64,000 bases of DNA from an uncultured Acidobacteriota bacterium (GCA_963804995.1 CAWDSK010000009.1:32001-96000); one strand, 5' to 3'; positions 30,480-41,341 are shown, counted from the first letter of the stretch. A program made the numbers and translations. Notes: a model not told the origin generated them from the sequence alone.

Positions 30480-31601
30480 TCAGCGTGGCCCTGGGCGATC
30501 ACGCGGGTAGACCAGACTATTCGAGGCCTCCCACGAGACGTAGACCTTCTCCCCGCCTGTTTCGAGATTAGCCCGGGATTCTTCCGAAGTGTTGGAATCC
30601 CGCACCACCACGCGCTGCCCACTCGAAATCCGGACTGCCCAGCGACAACTTCCGCCTTCGTAAATGGACTCAACTAGTTCGCCCTCCAGCACATTCAATG
30701 GCGTCCCGCTGTTAGCGGGCGAAAGGTGCGTCAAGCGCAGGTTTTCGGGCCGCACGGCGAGGGTAGCTTCCTGCGGTAGGTCTCGGGAGTTGGACGCCCA
30801 AAAGGTATGCCCGGAAGCCGACTCAAAGCGCGTGCCTTGCGGGGTGTGCGCGACACACTTCACCTCGAAGAAATTCTCGACCCCCATAAATTCCGCCACG
30901 AAATGCGTGCGCGGCCGCTCATAGATTTCTTCGCCGGTCCCCACCTGTTCCAGACGCCCGCGGTTGATCACGGCGACGCGGTCGGACATCACCAGCGCTT
31001 CTTCCTGATCGTGCGTCACGAAAATGAAGGTGATGCCCAGGCGCGCCCGCAGGCGCTTCAATTCCACCTGCATTTGCTGCCGCAGTTTCTGGTCGAGCGC
31101 GCCCAGCGGCTCGTCAAGAAGCAGCACCGCCGGTTCCAGAACCAGCGCGCGCGCCAGGGCCACGCGTTGTTTTTCGCCGCCGCTTAATTGGTGAGGATAG
31201 CGGTCCTCCTTGCCGGGCAATTCCACCATCTCCAGGAGGGTGCGCACTCGCTGTTGAATTGCGGCCAGGGGCAACTTCTTTTCTTCCAGGCCGAAAGCCA
31301 CGTTGCGGAAGACGGTCAAATGCGGGAAGAGGGCGTAATGCTGAAAGACCGTGTTGACGTTGCGATGGTAAGGAGGCAGGGCGGATGCGTCGCGCCCTTC
31401 CAGCAGCACTTGCCCCGCTTGCGGCGTCTCGAATCCGGCCACCAAGCGCAGCAACGTGGTCTTGCCGCTGCCGCTCGGACCGAGCAGCGTCAGAAATTCG
31501 CCACGCCGGATGGCGAGCGAAAAATCTTCCAGGGCAGAATGCTCCCCGTAGCGCTTGCTGACGTTGCGAAGCTCAACGATGCATTCTGGCGAAGCGTCCA
31601 A
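30480..31601 (-). CDS. PotA-like ABC transporter ATP-binding protein
   Basis: [51 protein letters not shown] domain. Confidence 0.9.
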   Translation of the reverse strand: MDASPECIVELRNVSKRYGEHSALEDFSLAIRRGEFLTLLGPSGSGKTTLLRLVAGFETPQAGQVLLEGRDASALPPYHRNVNTVFQHYALFPHLTVFRNVAFGLEEKKLPLAAIQQRVRTLLEMVELPGKEDRYPHQLSGGEKQRVALARALVLEPAVLLLDEPLGALDQKLRQQMQVELKRLRARLGITFIFVTHDQEEALVMSDRVAVINRGRLEQVGTGEEIYERPRTHFVAEFMGVENFFEVKCVAHTPQGTRFESASGHTFWASNSRDLPQEATLAVRPENLRLTHLSPANSGTPLNVLEGELVESIYEGGSCRWAVRISSGQRVVVRDSNTSEESRANLETGGEKVYVSWEASNSLVYPRDRPGPR

Positions 31602-31987
31602 TTCTTAAACCTGTCCCGACTTCCTGGATTTGACTGATGCTAGCCCGATCTCGTTGGCTTGACAAGCACCCCTTTGCGAGTGGTAGGGCATGCTAACTGT
31701 GCTCTTCCATTAACAGGCGAACTATGCGCGCGAGGGGGCGGGGAGTTGAGGTATTCTGTCGCTAGGATGCGGGTGACAAAATGCCCAGCGGCCGCCTGGG
31801 GACGGGCGATGCAAGTAAAATACGTGGTGGGACAAGCGGGCGAAATTTGTCCCACATGTTGCTCATAGCGACCTATAGCGACCTATAGCGACCGTCGTCC
31901 CACCAAAAAACTGGGGACACCGCACGGAAATCGCTAGCGCTCAAAAATGCTTCCTGATTTGGCAAGGCCGGAAGGCGAGCAGAATCT

Positions 31988-33070
31988 TCAGGGCTTCAGC
32001 CAAAGGTTCACGGGAACCTCTTCGGGTTTCTGAGGAATTGACGGCCAGTTGATTCGGCGCCCTGATCCGGCAGATTCGTAAGCGGCGTAAATAATTTCGA
32101 GAGTAGCCACGCCGTCTTCTCCCGTCTCGCGCGGAGTCTCATCGTTCAGGACGCACTGGGTGAAATGTCGAAGCTCGTGTGGAAAGCCATAGATGTGCGT
32201 CTCCTCAAACACGGTGAAGGTCCAGCCCTTCGTGGTGTCAGCTTTTTCCACGGCGTATCCGTAACCGTTCCGGCTATAAGTTTCCATGGAGCTGCCGTGC
32301 AGCAGGTCGCAATAAATCACTCCCTCGGTTCCGTGCAGCTCAACGCGATCATCCATACCACCCTGCTTCGCCCAGCTATTTTCGATCACGGCAATACCGC
32401 CGCCCTCGAATTCCAGGATGATGACCGAATTATCTTCGCCCTGCGTACGGGTGTGATGAACGCGTTGGCAATGTGCGGTGACACTCTGAGGTTTCTGTTT
32501 GCCGTACATCCAGCGAGCCCACTCGATGCCATGGCAGCCCATGTCCATGATGGCGCCGCCACCCGAGCGACGGACATCGTAGAACCAGTCGGAATGCGGG
32601 CCGGAATGCTTCTCACCCTGTTTGGCCATGTAGAGTTTTCCGATGGCGCCTTCCTCCACCAGCAGCTTGGCCCGCGCATACTTGGGGCAGAAGCAGAGCG
32701 TCTCCGCGTACATCAACTTGACGCGCTTCTCACGGCAGGCGGCCACCATGGCGCGCCCGTCGGCAAGAGTGTGCGCGAGCGGCTTCTCCACCACGACGTG
32801 CACCCCGGCTTCGGCCGCCGCCGCGGTCACCTCACGATGCAGGTCGTTGGGAATTCCCAGCACCACCATATCGATATCTTTGCGTTCGATAACCTGGCGA
32901 TAGTCTGTGGTGGCGAAGGGGATGTTCCACTTGCGAGCGAAGGCTTCGGCGCCCGCCTGGTCTGCGGCGCAGGCAGCAACTATCAATGCCTCTGGCGTGT
33001 CGCGTAAAGCCTCGGCGTGGATGGAAGAGACAAAGCCACCGCCGATAATGCCTACTCGAACTTTTTCCAT
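31988..33070 (-). CDS. Gfo/Idh/MocA family oxidoreductase
   Basis: VGIIGGG, HVVVEKP, GGGAIMDMGCH. Confidence 0.92.
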   Translation of the reverse strand: MEKVRVGIIGGGFVSSIHAEALRDTPEALIVAACAADQAGAEAFARKWNIPFATTDYRQVIERKDIDMVVLGIPNDLHREVTAAAAEAGVHVVVEKPLAHTLADGRAMVAACREKRVKLMYAETLCFCPKYARAKLLVEEGAIGKLYMAKQGEKHSGPHSDWFYDVRRSGGGAIMDMGCHGIEWARWMYGKQKPQSVTAHCQRVHHTRTQGEDNSVIILEFEGGGIAVIENSWAKQGGMDDRVELHGTEGVIYCDLLHGSSMETYSRNGYGYAVEKADTTKGWTFTVFEETHIYGFPHELRHFTQCVLNDETPRETGEDGVATLEIIYAAYESAGSGRRINWPSIPQKPEEVPVNLWLKP

Positions 33071-33135
33071 GGGCTCTTCCTCCGGGAGACAGCTTTGCTT
33101 AACCGAGAATTTTGACGGCGGGCTTCAGCGCAGCG

Positions 33136-33480
33136 CTAGGGTTTCTTCTTGCTGCTGTCAAAAGAGCGAACGTATTGGACCAGCGACTGGATTTCCTCGT
33201 CCTTGAGCTTCCCGGAGAAAGCCGGCATGGGAGTGCCCTTCTTGCCGTTCTTGATTGCTTCGGTAAGGTCCTTATCCGTCTGGGAAGCTTGCCACTTGGG
33301 ATCGGTAAAATCCGGTGTCTTGAGAGCGGGGAATCCCTTGCCGTCCATCCGATGGCACATCGAGCAATTCTGCTTGAACAGAGCAGAGGCGTCAGATGGA
33401 GGCGCGGCCTGAAGCGCAGAAGCCTCCACGAGCAGGGCAAATCCAAAAACCCGAAGTGCTGGTGATAACAGGAATCGCAT
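33136..33480 (-). CDS. Class I c-type cytochrome
   Basis: Signal peptide, CSMCH, distal Met in GTPMPAF. Confidence 0.9.
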   Translation of the reverse strand: MRFLLSPALRVFGFALLVEASALQAAPPSDASALFKQNCSMCHRMDGKGFPALKTPDFTDPKWQASQTDKDLTEAIKNGKKGTPMPAFSGKLKDEEIQSLVQYVRSFDSSKKKP

Positions 33481-33655
33481 ATGGCTCCTTGAGATTCGTA
33501 GTAGGGTAACGCCCGGGAAAGCTTTCTCCGGCAGGCAAAGTCACATCCCGCGCGCCAGTCTTCCTGCAGAATACTTTCCGTTAGCATGTTATCGACGCGA
33601 GCATTGAAAATCAAGAATCAACGTGCAGGATGAGGTTTTAGGTAGTGCAATCCTT

Positions 33656-33928
33656 TCATTTGGGTGGGACGTAATTGGGCGGGGGCGCTGCGCCTTCACC
33701 GAAGAAGAACCGTTCCATCTGGGTGGCAATGACTTCCTGTGCTTCCTTCGTCGAGGGCACGAGGCGATATTCATTAATCAGCATCCGTAAGTAATCGAGC
33801 CACATTTGCCACGCCTGTTGGGAGACATTGTCGTAGATGCGCTGGCCGAGTTCGCCGACCCACGGAGCCTCCTCAAGACCCGGAAGTTCCTTGTGCAGCT
33901 TTGCACACATCACCATTCGCTGTGCCAT
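33656..33928 (-). CDS. yggX: Fe(II)-trafficking / oxidative damage protection protein
   Basis: RMVMCAKL..E.PGL, GQRIYDNVS..AW..W, MLINEYRL. Confidence 0.92.
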   Translation of the reverse strand: MAQRMVMCAKLHKELPGLEEAPWVGELGQRIYDNVSQQAWQMWLDYLRMLINEYRLVPSTKEAQEVIATQMERFFFGEGAAPPPNYVPPK

Positions 33929-34056
33929 AGAGAAGTTATCCTTCGGAGTCCTGCCTTAAATGCAGGGCGTCCTGGCATTTGCTGGCCGCCCCGCGCGCGG
34001 AAACGACTGGCTGCCCCCGCCTGCAACGCCATTATACAGGAAATCAAAAAACGAAA

Positions 34057-35163
34057 CTCTCTGTGACCTCTGTGTCCTCTGCGTGAATCTGATCTTCGGT
34101 TGAGCATCCTGCTTCTTGTCACCTAAACTCAAAAACCTATTCACCACAGAGATCACAGAGAACACGGAGAAAAGAAGAAGAGCTGGGAGCTAGCAAAAAA
34201 ACATCCTTATTTCTGGTTTCTTCCTCCTGACTTGCTTTTCTCTGTGCCCTCTGTGCCCTCTGTGGTGAATCTGTTCTTGGTTTTTCTCCAAGGTTTCTTC
34301 GTCCTCCCGCGTGGATGCCCCTATATCTTGCCATTGAGGAACCGACGTATACCATCCTTCAATATCGTGACATTGAAATTGATCAACAACGCGACCTTGC
34401 ATCCCGATAACTTAAGGTATGTGATGACTTGAGCCTCGTGGATTGGCGCCACAGCCTCAGCAGACTTAACCTCAACGACCACCGACCCTTCCACGAGGAG
34501 ATCAATCCTGTATCCACAATCGAGCTTAACCTGCTCGTAAATGAGTGGCAGTGGCTTCTGCTGCTCAACTCTGAGATGCCGTTTCCCCAGCTCAAATGCC
34601 AGGCAAGCCTCATACGCGGATTCCAGCAAACCCGGACCCAGGGCCTTGTGCACTTGGATGGCGGCCCCGATAATGCTTTTCGTAATGCCGTTCAGCCGCT
34701 CTCTCTCAGTCATTCGCCAATGCCTTCCACCTCGCTGAGCATCTTGGGTGCTGTCGCCGAGACTCAAGAACAAATTCACCACAGAGATCACAGAGAACAC
34801 GGAGAAAAGAAAAAGGGCCAAGAGTTTGGAGAAAGACAATCTTATTTCTTGCTTCTGACTCCTGACTTGCTTTTCTCTGTGACCTCTGTGTCCTCTGTGG
34901 TGAATCCGTTCTTCCGCGAAGCATCCCGCCTCCGGTCACCGAAACGGAACAACCTATTCACCACAGAGATCACAGAGAACACGGAGAAAAGAAAAAAGCC
35001 AGGACGTTGGAGAAGGACAATCTTATTTCTTGCTTCTGACTCCTGACTTGCTTTTCTCTGTGGCCTCTGTGTCCTCTGTGGTGAATCCGTTCTTCCGCGA
35101 AGCATCCCGCCTCCGGTCACCGAAACGGAACAACCTATTCACCACACAGAGAACACGGAGAAA
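34057..35163. repeat. Array of ~130-bp imperfect palindromes built from 9-mers, flanking the GxxExxY gene
   Basis: TTCACCACAGAGATCACAGAGAACACGGAGAAAAG...CTTTTCTCTGTG.CCTCTGTG.CCTCTGTGGTGAA at 34140-34269, 34775-34904, 34957-35085; half copies at 34057-34087 and 35138-35163. Confidence 0.92.
34321..34713 (-). CDS. GxxExxY family protein (PD-(D/E)XK nuclease-like)
   Basis: IIGAAIQVHKALGPGLLESAYE, GYRIDLLVEG.VVVEVKS, AQVITYLK, LLINFN. Confidence 0.93.
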   Translation of the reverse strand: MTERERLNGITKSIIGAAIQVHKALGPGLLESAYEACLAFELGKRHLRVEQQKPLPLIYEQVKLDCGYRIDLLVEGSVVVEVKSAEAVAPIHEAQVITYLKLSGCKVALLINFNVTILKDGIRRFLNGKI

Positions 35164-35168
35164 CCGAT

Positions 35169-35759
35169 TCATTTCCTCCGGTGAATATCCAAATCGACTT
35201 CTTCGTTCTCAAACAGGGGAAGCTGCGTGTGCGGCTTAAGCACTCCTTTTTGGAACGTGGCGACGGTGCGAAGGGGTTCGGCTGCATTGTCGCTCGGCGC
35301 CGCTTGAGAATGAGCGCGTGTTGCCGGAGGGGGCGGCGTGATGCCGGCCGCCGCGGCATCCAGGGCTTTATTCGCCAGGCGGTCGGCTTCGCGGTTGTGT
35401 TCGCGCAAGACGTGCTGGATGGAAAACGACTCCAGGCGAGCGATCATCGCCTTTGCCTTCTCGTGCAGGGGCTTCAGGTCAGGGCTGCGGACTTTGTAGC
35501 GCCCGGAAATCTGGCGAGCCATCAATTCGGAATCCGTTATCACACGCAGACGAAGATGGCCATGGCTCAGGGCGTATTCCAAGGCCGCCAGCAGCCCCTG
35601 GTATTCCGCAAAATTGTTGGTGGTTTTGCCGATGTATTTCGCAAACCCCGTGACGGATTTACCTTCAGGGGTTTTAACCGTCACGCCATATGCAGCGGGG
35701 CCAGGATTCCCGCGCGATCCTCCGTCGACATGGGCAATGATTTCAGGTGAGGTCGGCAT
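35169..35759 (-). CDS. Ribonuclease HI family protein with C-terminal DUF104-like extension
   Basis: DGGSRGNPGPAA, TNNFAEY, DSELM, REHNREADRLAN. Confidence 0.92.
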   Translation of the reverse strand: MPTSPEIIAHVDGGSRGNPGPAAYGVTVKTPEGKSVTGFAKYIGKTTNNFAEYQGLLAALEYALSHGHLRLRVITDSELMARQISGRYKVRSPDLKPLHEKAKAMIARLESFSIQHVLREHNREADRLANKALDAAAAGITPPPPATRAHSQAAPSDNAAEPLRTVATFQKGVLKPHTQLPLFENEEVDLDIHRRK

Positions 35760-35767
35760 GGTTAGGA

Positions 35768-35840
35768 CAGTGGTTAGTGGCTAGTGGCTAGTGGTTAGAG
35801 AGGAAGGACTAGTGACTAGCCACTGGCAACTAGTCACTGC
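35768..35840. repeat. Small inverted heptamer array
   Basis: (TAGTGGY)n ... ACTAGCC/ACTAGTC complements. Confidence 0.7.
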
Positions 35841-35845
35841 CCTTA

Positions 35846-36604
35846 TCACGCCGTCACCCCCGCGCTCTGGTCACTGCCCTCCCCCTGCTCCTCGGGCGGA
35901 GGCTCGATGTAGTAAATGATCCGGCTACAGTTTTCACAGGTCAGCACGGCGTTGGTGCTCCGGATTTCGTTGTAGACCTGGGGCCGTAACCTGACGTTGC
36001 ACGCGGTGCAAAGGCCGTCGCGGACTTCCGCCACCACCATGCCAGGGCGGTAACTACGGAGGCGTTCATATAGCTTCAAGACATCGTCACTGAGAGCAGC
36101 CTCGAGCTCCTTGCGCCGTGTCTTCAGGCGGTCGCGCTCATCCAAATCGGCCTGCCGCTCGTCCTGCAATCGCTTGATCTCACCCGCCACGCGAGCCTTC
36201 TCGCCTTCAAGGCGAGCCGCCGCATCCTGGACATGCTGCTGAAGGTCTTCCGCCTCGATCATCTTCTCCAGGATTTGATCCTCGATCTTGCGGATGTTGG
36301 TCTCTTCCCCTTCGATTTCCTTCAGCATGGCCTTGTATTGCTCGTTGGTTTTGACCTGGTAAAGCTGATCCTTGTGCTTGGTGATCTTCTCTTGGATGGC
36401 CTTGATATCACCTTCCAGGTCCTTCCTTTCCTTCTGGTTCGCAGTCAAGCGCCGCTTGCGCTCTTCGTGGGCGCGAATGAAATCATCCAATTGGGATTGC
36501 AAGGTTTGAATCTGGGTAGGCAGGGAATCGATCAGCACCGTCACCTCAGCAATCTTCAGGTCAAGCTGCTGAAGTTCAATGACGGCTTTAAGGTCGGGAT
36601 GCAC
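35846..36604 (-). CDS. Coiled-coil + C4 zinc-ribbon protein (CT398/DUF164-type)
   Basis: LQQLD start, VKTNEQYKAM.KEI, CTAC...CENCSRI; usual neighbour of RNase HI. Confidence 0.9.
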   Translation of the reverse strand: MHPDLKAVIELQQLDLKIAEVTVLIDSLPTQIQTLQSQLDDFIRAHEERKRRLTANQKERKDLEGDIKAIQEKITKHKDQLYQVKTNEQYKAMLKEIEGEETNIRKIEDQILEKMIEAEDLQQHVQDAAARLEGEKARVAGEIKRLQDERQADLDERDRLKTRRKELEAALSDDVLKLYERLRSYRPGMVVAEVRDGLCTACNVRLRPQVYNEIRSTNAVLTCENCSRIIYYIEPPPEEQGEGSDQSAGVTA

Positions 36605-37131
36605 TTCCTCTCCTTGATAAAATCGCGTTTACTTGATCGGAAAGCCCGCGCCTGCGCCCAATGCGTCTCAACTTCCCTGGTTGAGCATTCTTACACATCT
36701 TGAGGTAATGCCGCAAGGAAGGGAGATGACGGGGTGGTGTCGAAGTTTGCCGTAGAGGCGGCGGAATTTATCCCGATGCTATCGCGACGCCGCCATTTGG
36801 CAGGGTAAATCCAAGGCCACCCAAATTAGCGAAGTCTCCCCTGGGCATCGGGAGCGAAATTTCGGAGTGCGGGAGCTTGCTCCCGCTCTTGCCACCGCTG
36901 ACTCGTCAGCGGTCGGCGTATCGCCGCATCGAGTTGCGGCGAGGGAAAGCGGCGACGAGCCGCCGCACTCCGAAACGAGAGTCTGCACCAACCCTTCCGA
37001 AAACGGTTGGGATGGCACGAGTGTCTCGGCGGGGCGCCACGCGGCAAGAAAATGAAAAGCCGGCGGGGGGAGGGACGCTCGCCCCCGCAGGCCGTTTGTG
37101 TGGCAACGTCAGACAGTTCTTCAGCAAACTC

Positions 37132-38814
37132 TCAGGACTTCACAAAAGTGACCGCGCCTTCAGAAGCCGAAGAGACTAGTGCCGCGTATTTGGAAAAGAC
37201 TCCGCGCTTGTAACGCGGCTCAGGGGCTTTCCAGCTCGCCATGCGCTTCTGGATATCGGCGTCGGAGACTTCCATATCGAGCCGGCGTTTGTCGATATCG
37301 AAGACGATCGTGTCGCCATCCGCCACGGCGGCGATCGGCCCGCCGCGCGCTGCTTCCGGCGCCACGTGGCCCGCCATAAGGCCGTGTGTCGCGCCACTGA
37401 AGCGGCCGTCGGTCAGCAAGGCGACCGAGTCGCCCAGGCCCTCGCCCACCAGCGCCCCTGTTACGCCCAGCATCTCGCGCATTCCGGGCCCACCCCGCGG
37501 GCCTTCGTAGCGAATCACCACCACGTCTCCGGCCTTGATGCTCTTGCTGGTGACGGCAGTCATGGCGTCCTCTTCGCAGTTGAATACCCGCGCCGGCCCG
37601 CGATGCGTGGTGCGCGCATACCCGGCTACTTTGATGACACAACCCTCAGGCGCCAGATTCCCTCTCAAGATGACCAATCCACCGGTTTTTTTGATGGGGT
37701 CAGAGACCGGCCTGATCACATCCTGGCCCGGCGTTTCCTTGACGAGCGCCGCTTCCTCGGCAATGGTCTTGCCGCTGACCGTAATTTGCGTGCCGTCGAG
37801 CAAACCCGCCTCCAGCAATTTCTTGGCGATAAGCGGAATTCCGCCCGCACGATGCACATCGACTGCCACGTAGCGTCCGCCGGGCTTCAAATCCGCGATG
37901 ATGGGGGTGCGCGAACTGATGGTATCGAAGTCATCGATGGTCAGGGGGACGCCGGCCTCTCGCGCCATGGCGAGCAGGTGCAGCACACCGTTGGTTGAGC
38001 CGCCCGTGGCCGCCACGCTGGCAATGGCATTTTCAAAGGCCTTGCGCGTAAGAATATCGAGCGGTCTTACTCCGCGGCGCAACAAATCCATCACGATTTG
38101 CCCGCACCGGTACGCGACTTCGTCCTTCTTGGGATCGAGAGCCGGGACGCTGTTCGCTCCCATGGGAGACAGGCCGATGAACTCCATCACCGTGGACATG
38201 GTGTTGGCCGTGAACTGCCCACCGCACGCTCCCGCGGCCGGACAGGCGGAGTCTTCCAGTTCTTTCAACTCTGCGTCCGTCATGAGGCCGGCAGCATTCG
38301 CGCCTACGGCTTCGTAAACGTCGCCAACCGTAACGTCGCGTCCCTGGAAGCGTCCCGCGGCAATAGACCCGCCGTAGAGGAGCACGCTTGGGACATTCAG
38401 ACGGATGAGCGCCATGGCTCCGCCGGGAATCGTCTTGTCGCAGCCCACCAGCGCCACCATGGCGTCAAACATATGTCCACGCCCGACCAGTTCGATCGAG
38501 TCGGCCACCACTTCGCGACTGACAAGGGAGGCCTTCATGCCCTCGGTGCCCATCGTTACGCCGTCGGAAATAGCGATGGTATTGAGCTCCATGGGAGTGC
38601 CACCCGCCGCACGCACGCCTGCCTTCACTTTTTCAGCCAGCTTGCGCAGGTGGAAGTTGCACGGCATGGTCTCAATCCAGGTGTTGGCTATGCCGACGAT
38701 CGGCTTGGCCAGATCTTCGTCCGTGAACCCGATGGCTTTGAGCATGGAACGGGCTCCGGCGCGGTCGCGACCGTCCGTGATGATGTGACTACGATGCTTA
38801 AGATTGAATGCCAT
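37132..38814 (-). CDS. ilvD: Dihydroxy-acid dehydratase
   Basis: [53 protein letters not shown]. Confidence 0.97.
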   Translation of the reverse strand: MAFNLKHRSHIITDGRDRAGARSMLKAIGFTDEDLAKPIVGIANTWIETMPCNFHLRKLAEKVKAGVRAAGGTPMELNTIAISDGVTMGTEGMKASLVSREVVADSIELVGRGHMFDAMVALVGCDKTIPGGAMALIRLNVPSVLLYGGSIAAGRFQGRDVTVGDVYEAVGANAAGLMTDAELKELEDSACPAAGACGGQFTANTMSTVMEFIGLSPMGANSVPALDPKKDEVAYRCGQIVMDLLRRGVRPLDILTRKAFENAIASVAATGGSTNGVLHLLAMAREAGVPLTIDDFDTISSRTPIIADLKPGGRYVAVDVHRAGGIPLIAKKLLEAGLLDGTQITVSGKTIAEEAALVKETPGQDVIRPVSDPIKKTGGLVILRGNLAPEGCVIKVAGYARTTHRGPARVFNCEEDAMTAVTSKSIKAGDVVVIRYEGPRGGPGMREMLGVTGALVGEGLGDSVALLTDGRFSGATHGLMAGHVAPEAARGGPIAAVADGDTIVFDIDKRRLDMEVSDADIQKRMASWKAPEPRYKRGVFSKYAALVSSASEGAVTFVKS

Positions 38815-38988
38815 TATGGCCTCCCATTGGTAGATGATCACCCTGTTGAAACCAGCCATATTCTCAGATTTGCGCGCAGGGAGCAAGATTACTTTGCACG
38901 AAGTCGCAGTTCATGTGGGAGGGGCGCCCGATTGATCATGAATTCAGCAGCATTGACAACTCAGGGTGCTTGTGTTAACTACGATTCT

Positions 38989-39471
38989 ATGGGCGCTGAG
39001 GAGCTCCAATCCGCGTGGGAACTGCTTAAAGAAGCCTATCAGTACCAGATGGGCGGCGATTACGACATGGCGGTCGAACTCTATAAGCGCTCCCTGGACC
39101 TTCATCCTACGGCGGAAGCTTTTACTTTCCTGGGGTGGACTTACCGCTACCAGGGCAAGATCGAAGACGCTATTGCGGAATGCAAGAAAGCGATCCAGAT
39201 TGATCCGGAGTTTGGAAACCCGTACAACGACATTGGCGCCTATTTGATCGAAAAAGGGGAATATGACGAGGCGATTCCCTGGCTGGAGCGCTCGCTGCAA
39301 TCGCGGCGCTATGAGTCCTACCATTATCCGCACTACAATCTGGGGCGCGTTTATGCCGCCAAGGAAATGTACGGCCAGGCGCGCTATCATTTCAACGAAG
39401 CGTTGAAGCTCTCGCCGGACTACGCACTGGCGAAGGAAGCCCTGGCGAAGATCCGGTACAAGCTTCAGTAG
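38989..39471 (+). CDS. TPR repeat protein
   Basis: Repeated TPR helices (AFTFLGW, GNPYNDIG, PHYNLG); TTGACA at 38953. Confidence 0.88.
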   Translation: MGAEELQSAWELLKEAYQYQMGGDYDMAVELYKRSLDLHPTAEAFTFLGWTYRYQGKIEDAIAECKKAIQIDPEFGNPYNDIGAYLIEKGEYDEAIPWLERSLQSRRYESYHYPHYNLGRVYAAKEMYGQARYHFNEALKLSPDYALAKEALAKIRYKLQ

Positions 39472-39693
39472 TACGGTCTCTCTGCCGGTTAGTCCTGAAC
39501 TGCTTTCCTCTTTCTGATAGAGTCCCCTCTTGATATGATGTCGGTCTAAAATTGTAACCCGCGACTGACTTCGTTTGGGATGCCGCCGACGTTCTTGATC
39601 GGGCAAAGGTAGCTTTTAGCGCGGAATTGTTGGTCCGACGTGCGGCTGAGCAATGCTGGCAAGCGAGCCATATTCGTTCGGGGGTATCCAAGA

Positions 39694-40884
39694 ATGCCAA
39701 AAACGGAATTGCAATACCTTACCGATGAGCTTCAAAAGCTGCGCGAGCAGAAGCTCTATCAAAAGCTGCGCGTCCTGGAAACGGAGCAGCTTCCTGTGTC
39801 GCGCTTCGACGGCCAGGAAGTTATCAACCTCTCGTCCAACAATTACCTGGGCTTGACCACCCACCCGAAGTTGCGGAAGCGCGCGCTGGAAGCCACGGAA
39901 AAATGGGGTGTGGGATCGGGCGCCGTGCGGACCATCGCCGGCACCATGTCGATTCACATGGCGCTGGAGGAAAAAATCGCGCACTTCAAGCACGTGGAAG
40001 CGTCCGTGGTCTTCCAATCAGGCTTCGCCGCCAATGCCGGGACCGTCTCCGCCATTCTCGGCCGCGAGGATTTGATTATTTCCGACGAACTCAACCATGC
40101 CTCGATTATCGATGGCTGCCGGCTGTCGCGCGCTGAAATCAAGGTCTTCCCTCACAAAGACATCGAGGCCTGCGAGAAGGTCCTAAGGGAAATCGCGGAT
40201 CGCAAATGCCATAGGCTCCTGATTACGGACGGGGTGTTTTCCATGGAGGGCGACATCGCCCCCCTGCCGCAACTGGTTGAACTGGCCGAGAAATATAGGT
40301 GCATCATGATGATCGACGACGCCCACTCTTCCGGGGTGCTGGGCCGGAATGGGCGTGGCACGGTCGACCACTTCAACTTGCACGGCCGCGTGGATATCCA
40401 GGTGGGGACGCTTTCGAAGGCCATTGGAGCGCTGGGGGGGTACGTCTGCGCCACGCGCGACACGATCGAATTCCTTTACCATCGGGCGCGGCCCTTCCTC
40501 TTCTCCACCTCCCACCCGCCGTCGGTCGCCGCCACCTGCCTCGCGGCCTTTGAAGTCCTGGAAGAGGAGCCGCAACTGATCGATCAGCTCTGGGCGAACA
40601 CCCGATTCTTCAAAGAAGGACTGATGAAGCTGGGGTTCAATACCGGCATGAGTGAGACCCCCATCACCCCCGTCATCGTCGGAGACGCGGCGCTCGCGCA
40701 TGAATTCTCACGCCAGCTTTTTGCCGCCGGAGTGTTCGCGCAAGGCATCGGGTTCCCGACTGTGCCGCACGGCAAGGCGCGCATCCGCACCATTGTGACC
40801 GCCACGCATACGCGTGAAGAATTGATGCGGGCGCTTGGCATTCTTGCGGAAGTGGGAAGGAAATTGAAGATTATTGAGGGGTGA
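39694..40884 (+). CDS. kbl: Glycine C-acetyltransferase / 8-amino-7-oxononanoate synthase family
   Basis: SNNYLGL, DELNHASIIDG, TDGVFSMEGD, DDAH, GTLSKA. Confidence 0.85.
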   Translation: MPKTELQYLTDELQKLREQKLYQKLRVLETEQLPVSRFDGQEVINLSSNNYLGLTTHPKLRKRALEATEKWGVGSGAVRTIAGTMSIHMALEEKIAHFKHVEASVVFQSGFAANAGTVSAILGREDLIISDELNHASIIDGCRLSRAEIKVFPHKDIEACEKVLREIADRKCHRLLITDGVFSMEGDIAPLPQLVELAEKYRCIMMIDDAHSSGVLGRNGRGTVDHFNLHGRVDIQVGTLSKAIGALGGYVCATRDTIEFLYHRARPFLFSTSHPPSVAATCLAAFEVLEEEPQLIDQLWANTRFFKEGLMKLGFNTGMSETPITPVIVGDAALAHEFSRQLFAAGVFAQGIGFPTVPHGKARIRTIVTATHTREELMRALGILAEVGRKLKIIEG

Positions 40885-40927
40885 GCTGACTCCAAATCCA
40901 GATGTGGGTATCCAGAAGCAGTTTCAA
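40871..40927 (-). pseudogene. VapC/PIN toxin N-terminal remnant (18 codons)
   Basis: TTG-started MKLLLDTHIWIWSQLTPQ*, overlapping the antitoxin stop; LLDTH is the PIN N-terminal motif. Confidence 0.75.
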
Positions 40928-41163
40928 CGGCCTGCCTCCCAGTCACTTTCTTCACTCGCCGGTGAGACAATGTCGCCGAGGATTTTCGCCGTACCCGCCA
41001 TAGACCCCACCCAGCTTTTGGGCCTGGGAGGCCCCGAAGGCGGAACCACCTCCGCCACGGGCTGCCCGAAGCGGGTGATCAACACCGGTTTCTTGGTGCG
41101 GCGGACACCCTCCAGGACCGCAAGGCACCTTGCCTTGAACTTCGATATGGCCATAGTCTCCAT
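40924..41163 (-). CDS. Phd/YefM family antitoxin
   Basis: ISKFKARCLAVLE.V..T..PVLITRFGQPVAEVVP; GAGGAG SD. Confidence 0.9.
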   Translation of the reverse strand: METMAISKFKARCLAVLEGVRRTKKPVLITRFGQPVAEVVPPSGPPRPKSWVGSMAGTAKILGDIVSPASEESDWEAGR

Positions 41164-41185
41164 ATGTGGACTCCTCGCCTAAGTA

Positions 41186-41208
41186 AACCATGGTTAAAGA
41201 CCATGGTC
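41186..41208. promoter_or_regulatory. Twin palindromic operator of the phd/vapC promoter
   Basis: AACCATGGTT and GACCATGGTC downstream of a minus-strand TTGACG. Confidence 0.6.
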
Positions 41209-41341
41209 AGAAGTTCAGTTCCGTCAAGGCAGCTCTTCTCACCTTGGTAATCACAGCATATCTCTTATATGGTCAGGTCGTAACCACCTGAGGCGGCCAA
41301 CTTGAGTGGTGGGCAGCAGAGAATTGTGAGGTATAGCCCGT

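Noticed and set aside
18959..33007. Long antisense ORFs (e.g. 18959-19882, 27711-28787, 32165-33007)
   Set aside because: Shadow frames of real genes in high-GC DNA with no recognisable motifs
34900..35170. RNase P RNA, often found after zinc-ribbon/RNase HI genes
   Set aside because: No GAGGAAAGUCC signature seen; the region is palindrome array
33910..35239. Short ORFs such as FSVISVVN / SPQRTQRSQR and the long N-terminus of the GxxExxY ORF
   Set aside because: Translations of the 9-mer palindrome arms
38098..38988. 457-aa ORF N-terminal region
   Set aside because: Antisense shadow of ilvD; the real TPR gene starts at 38989
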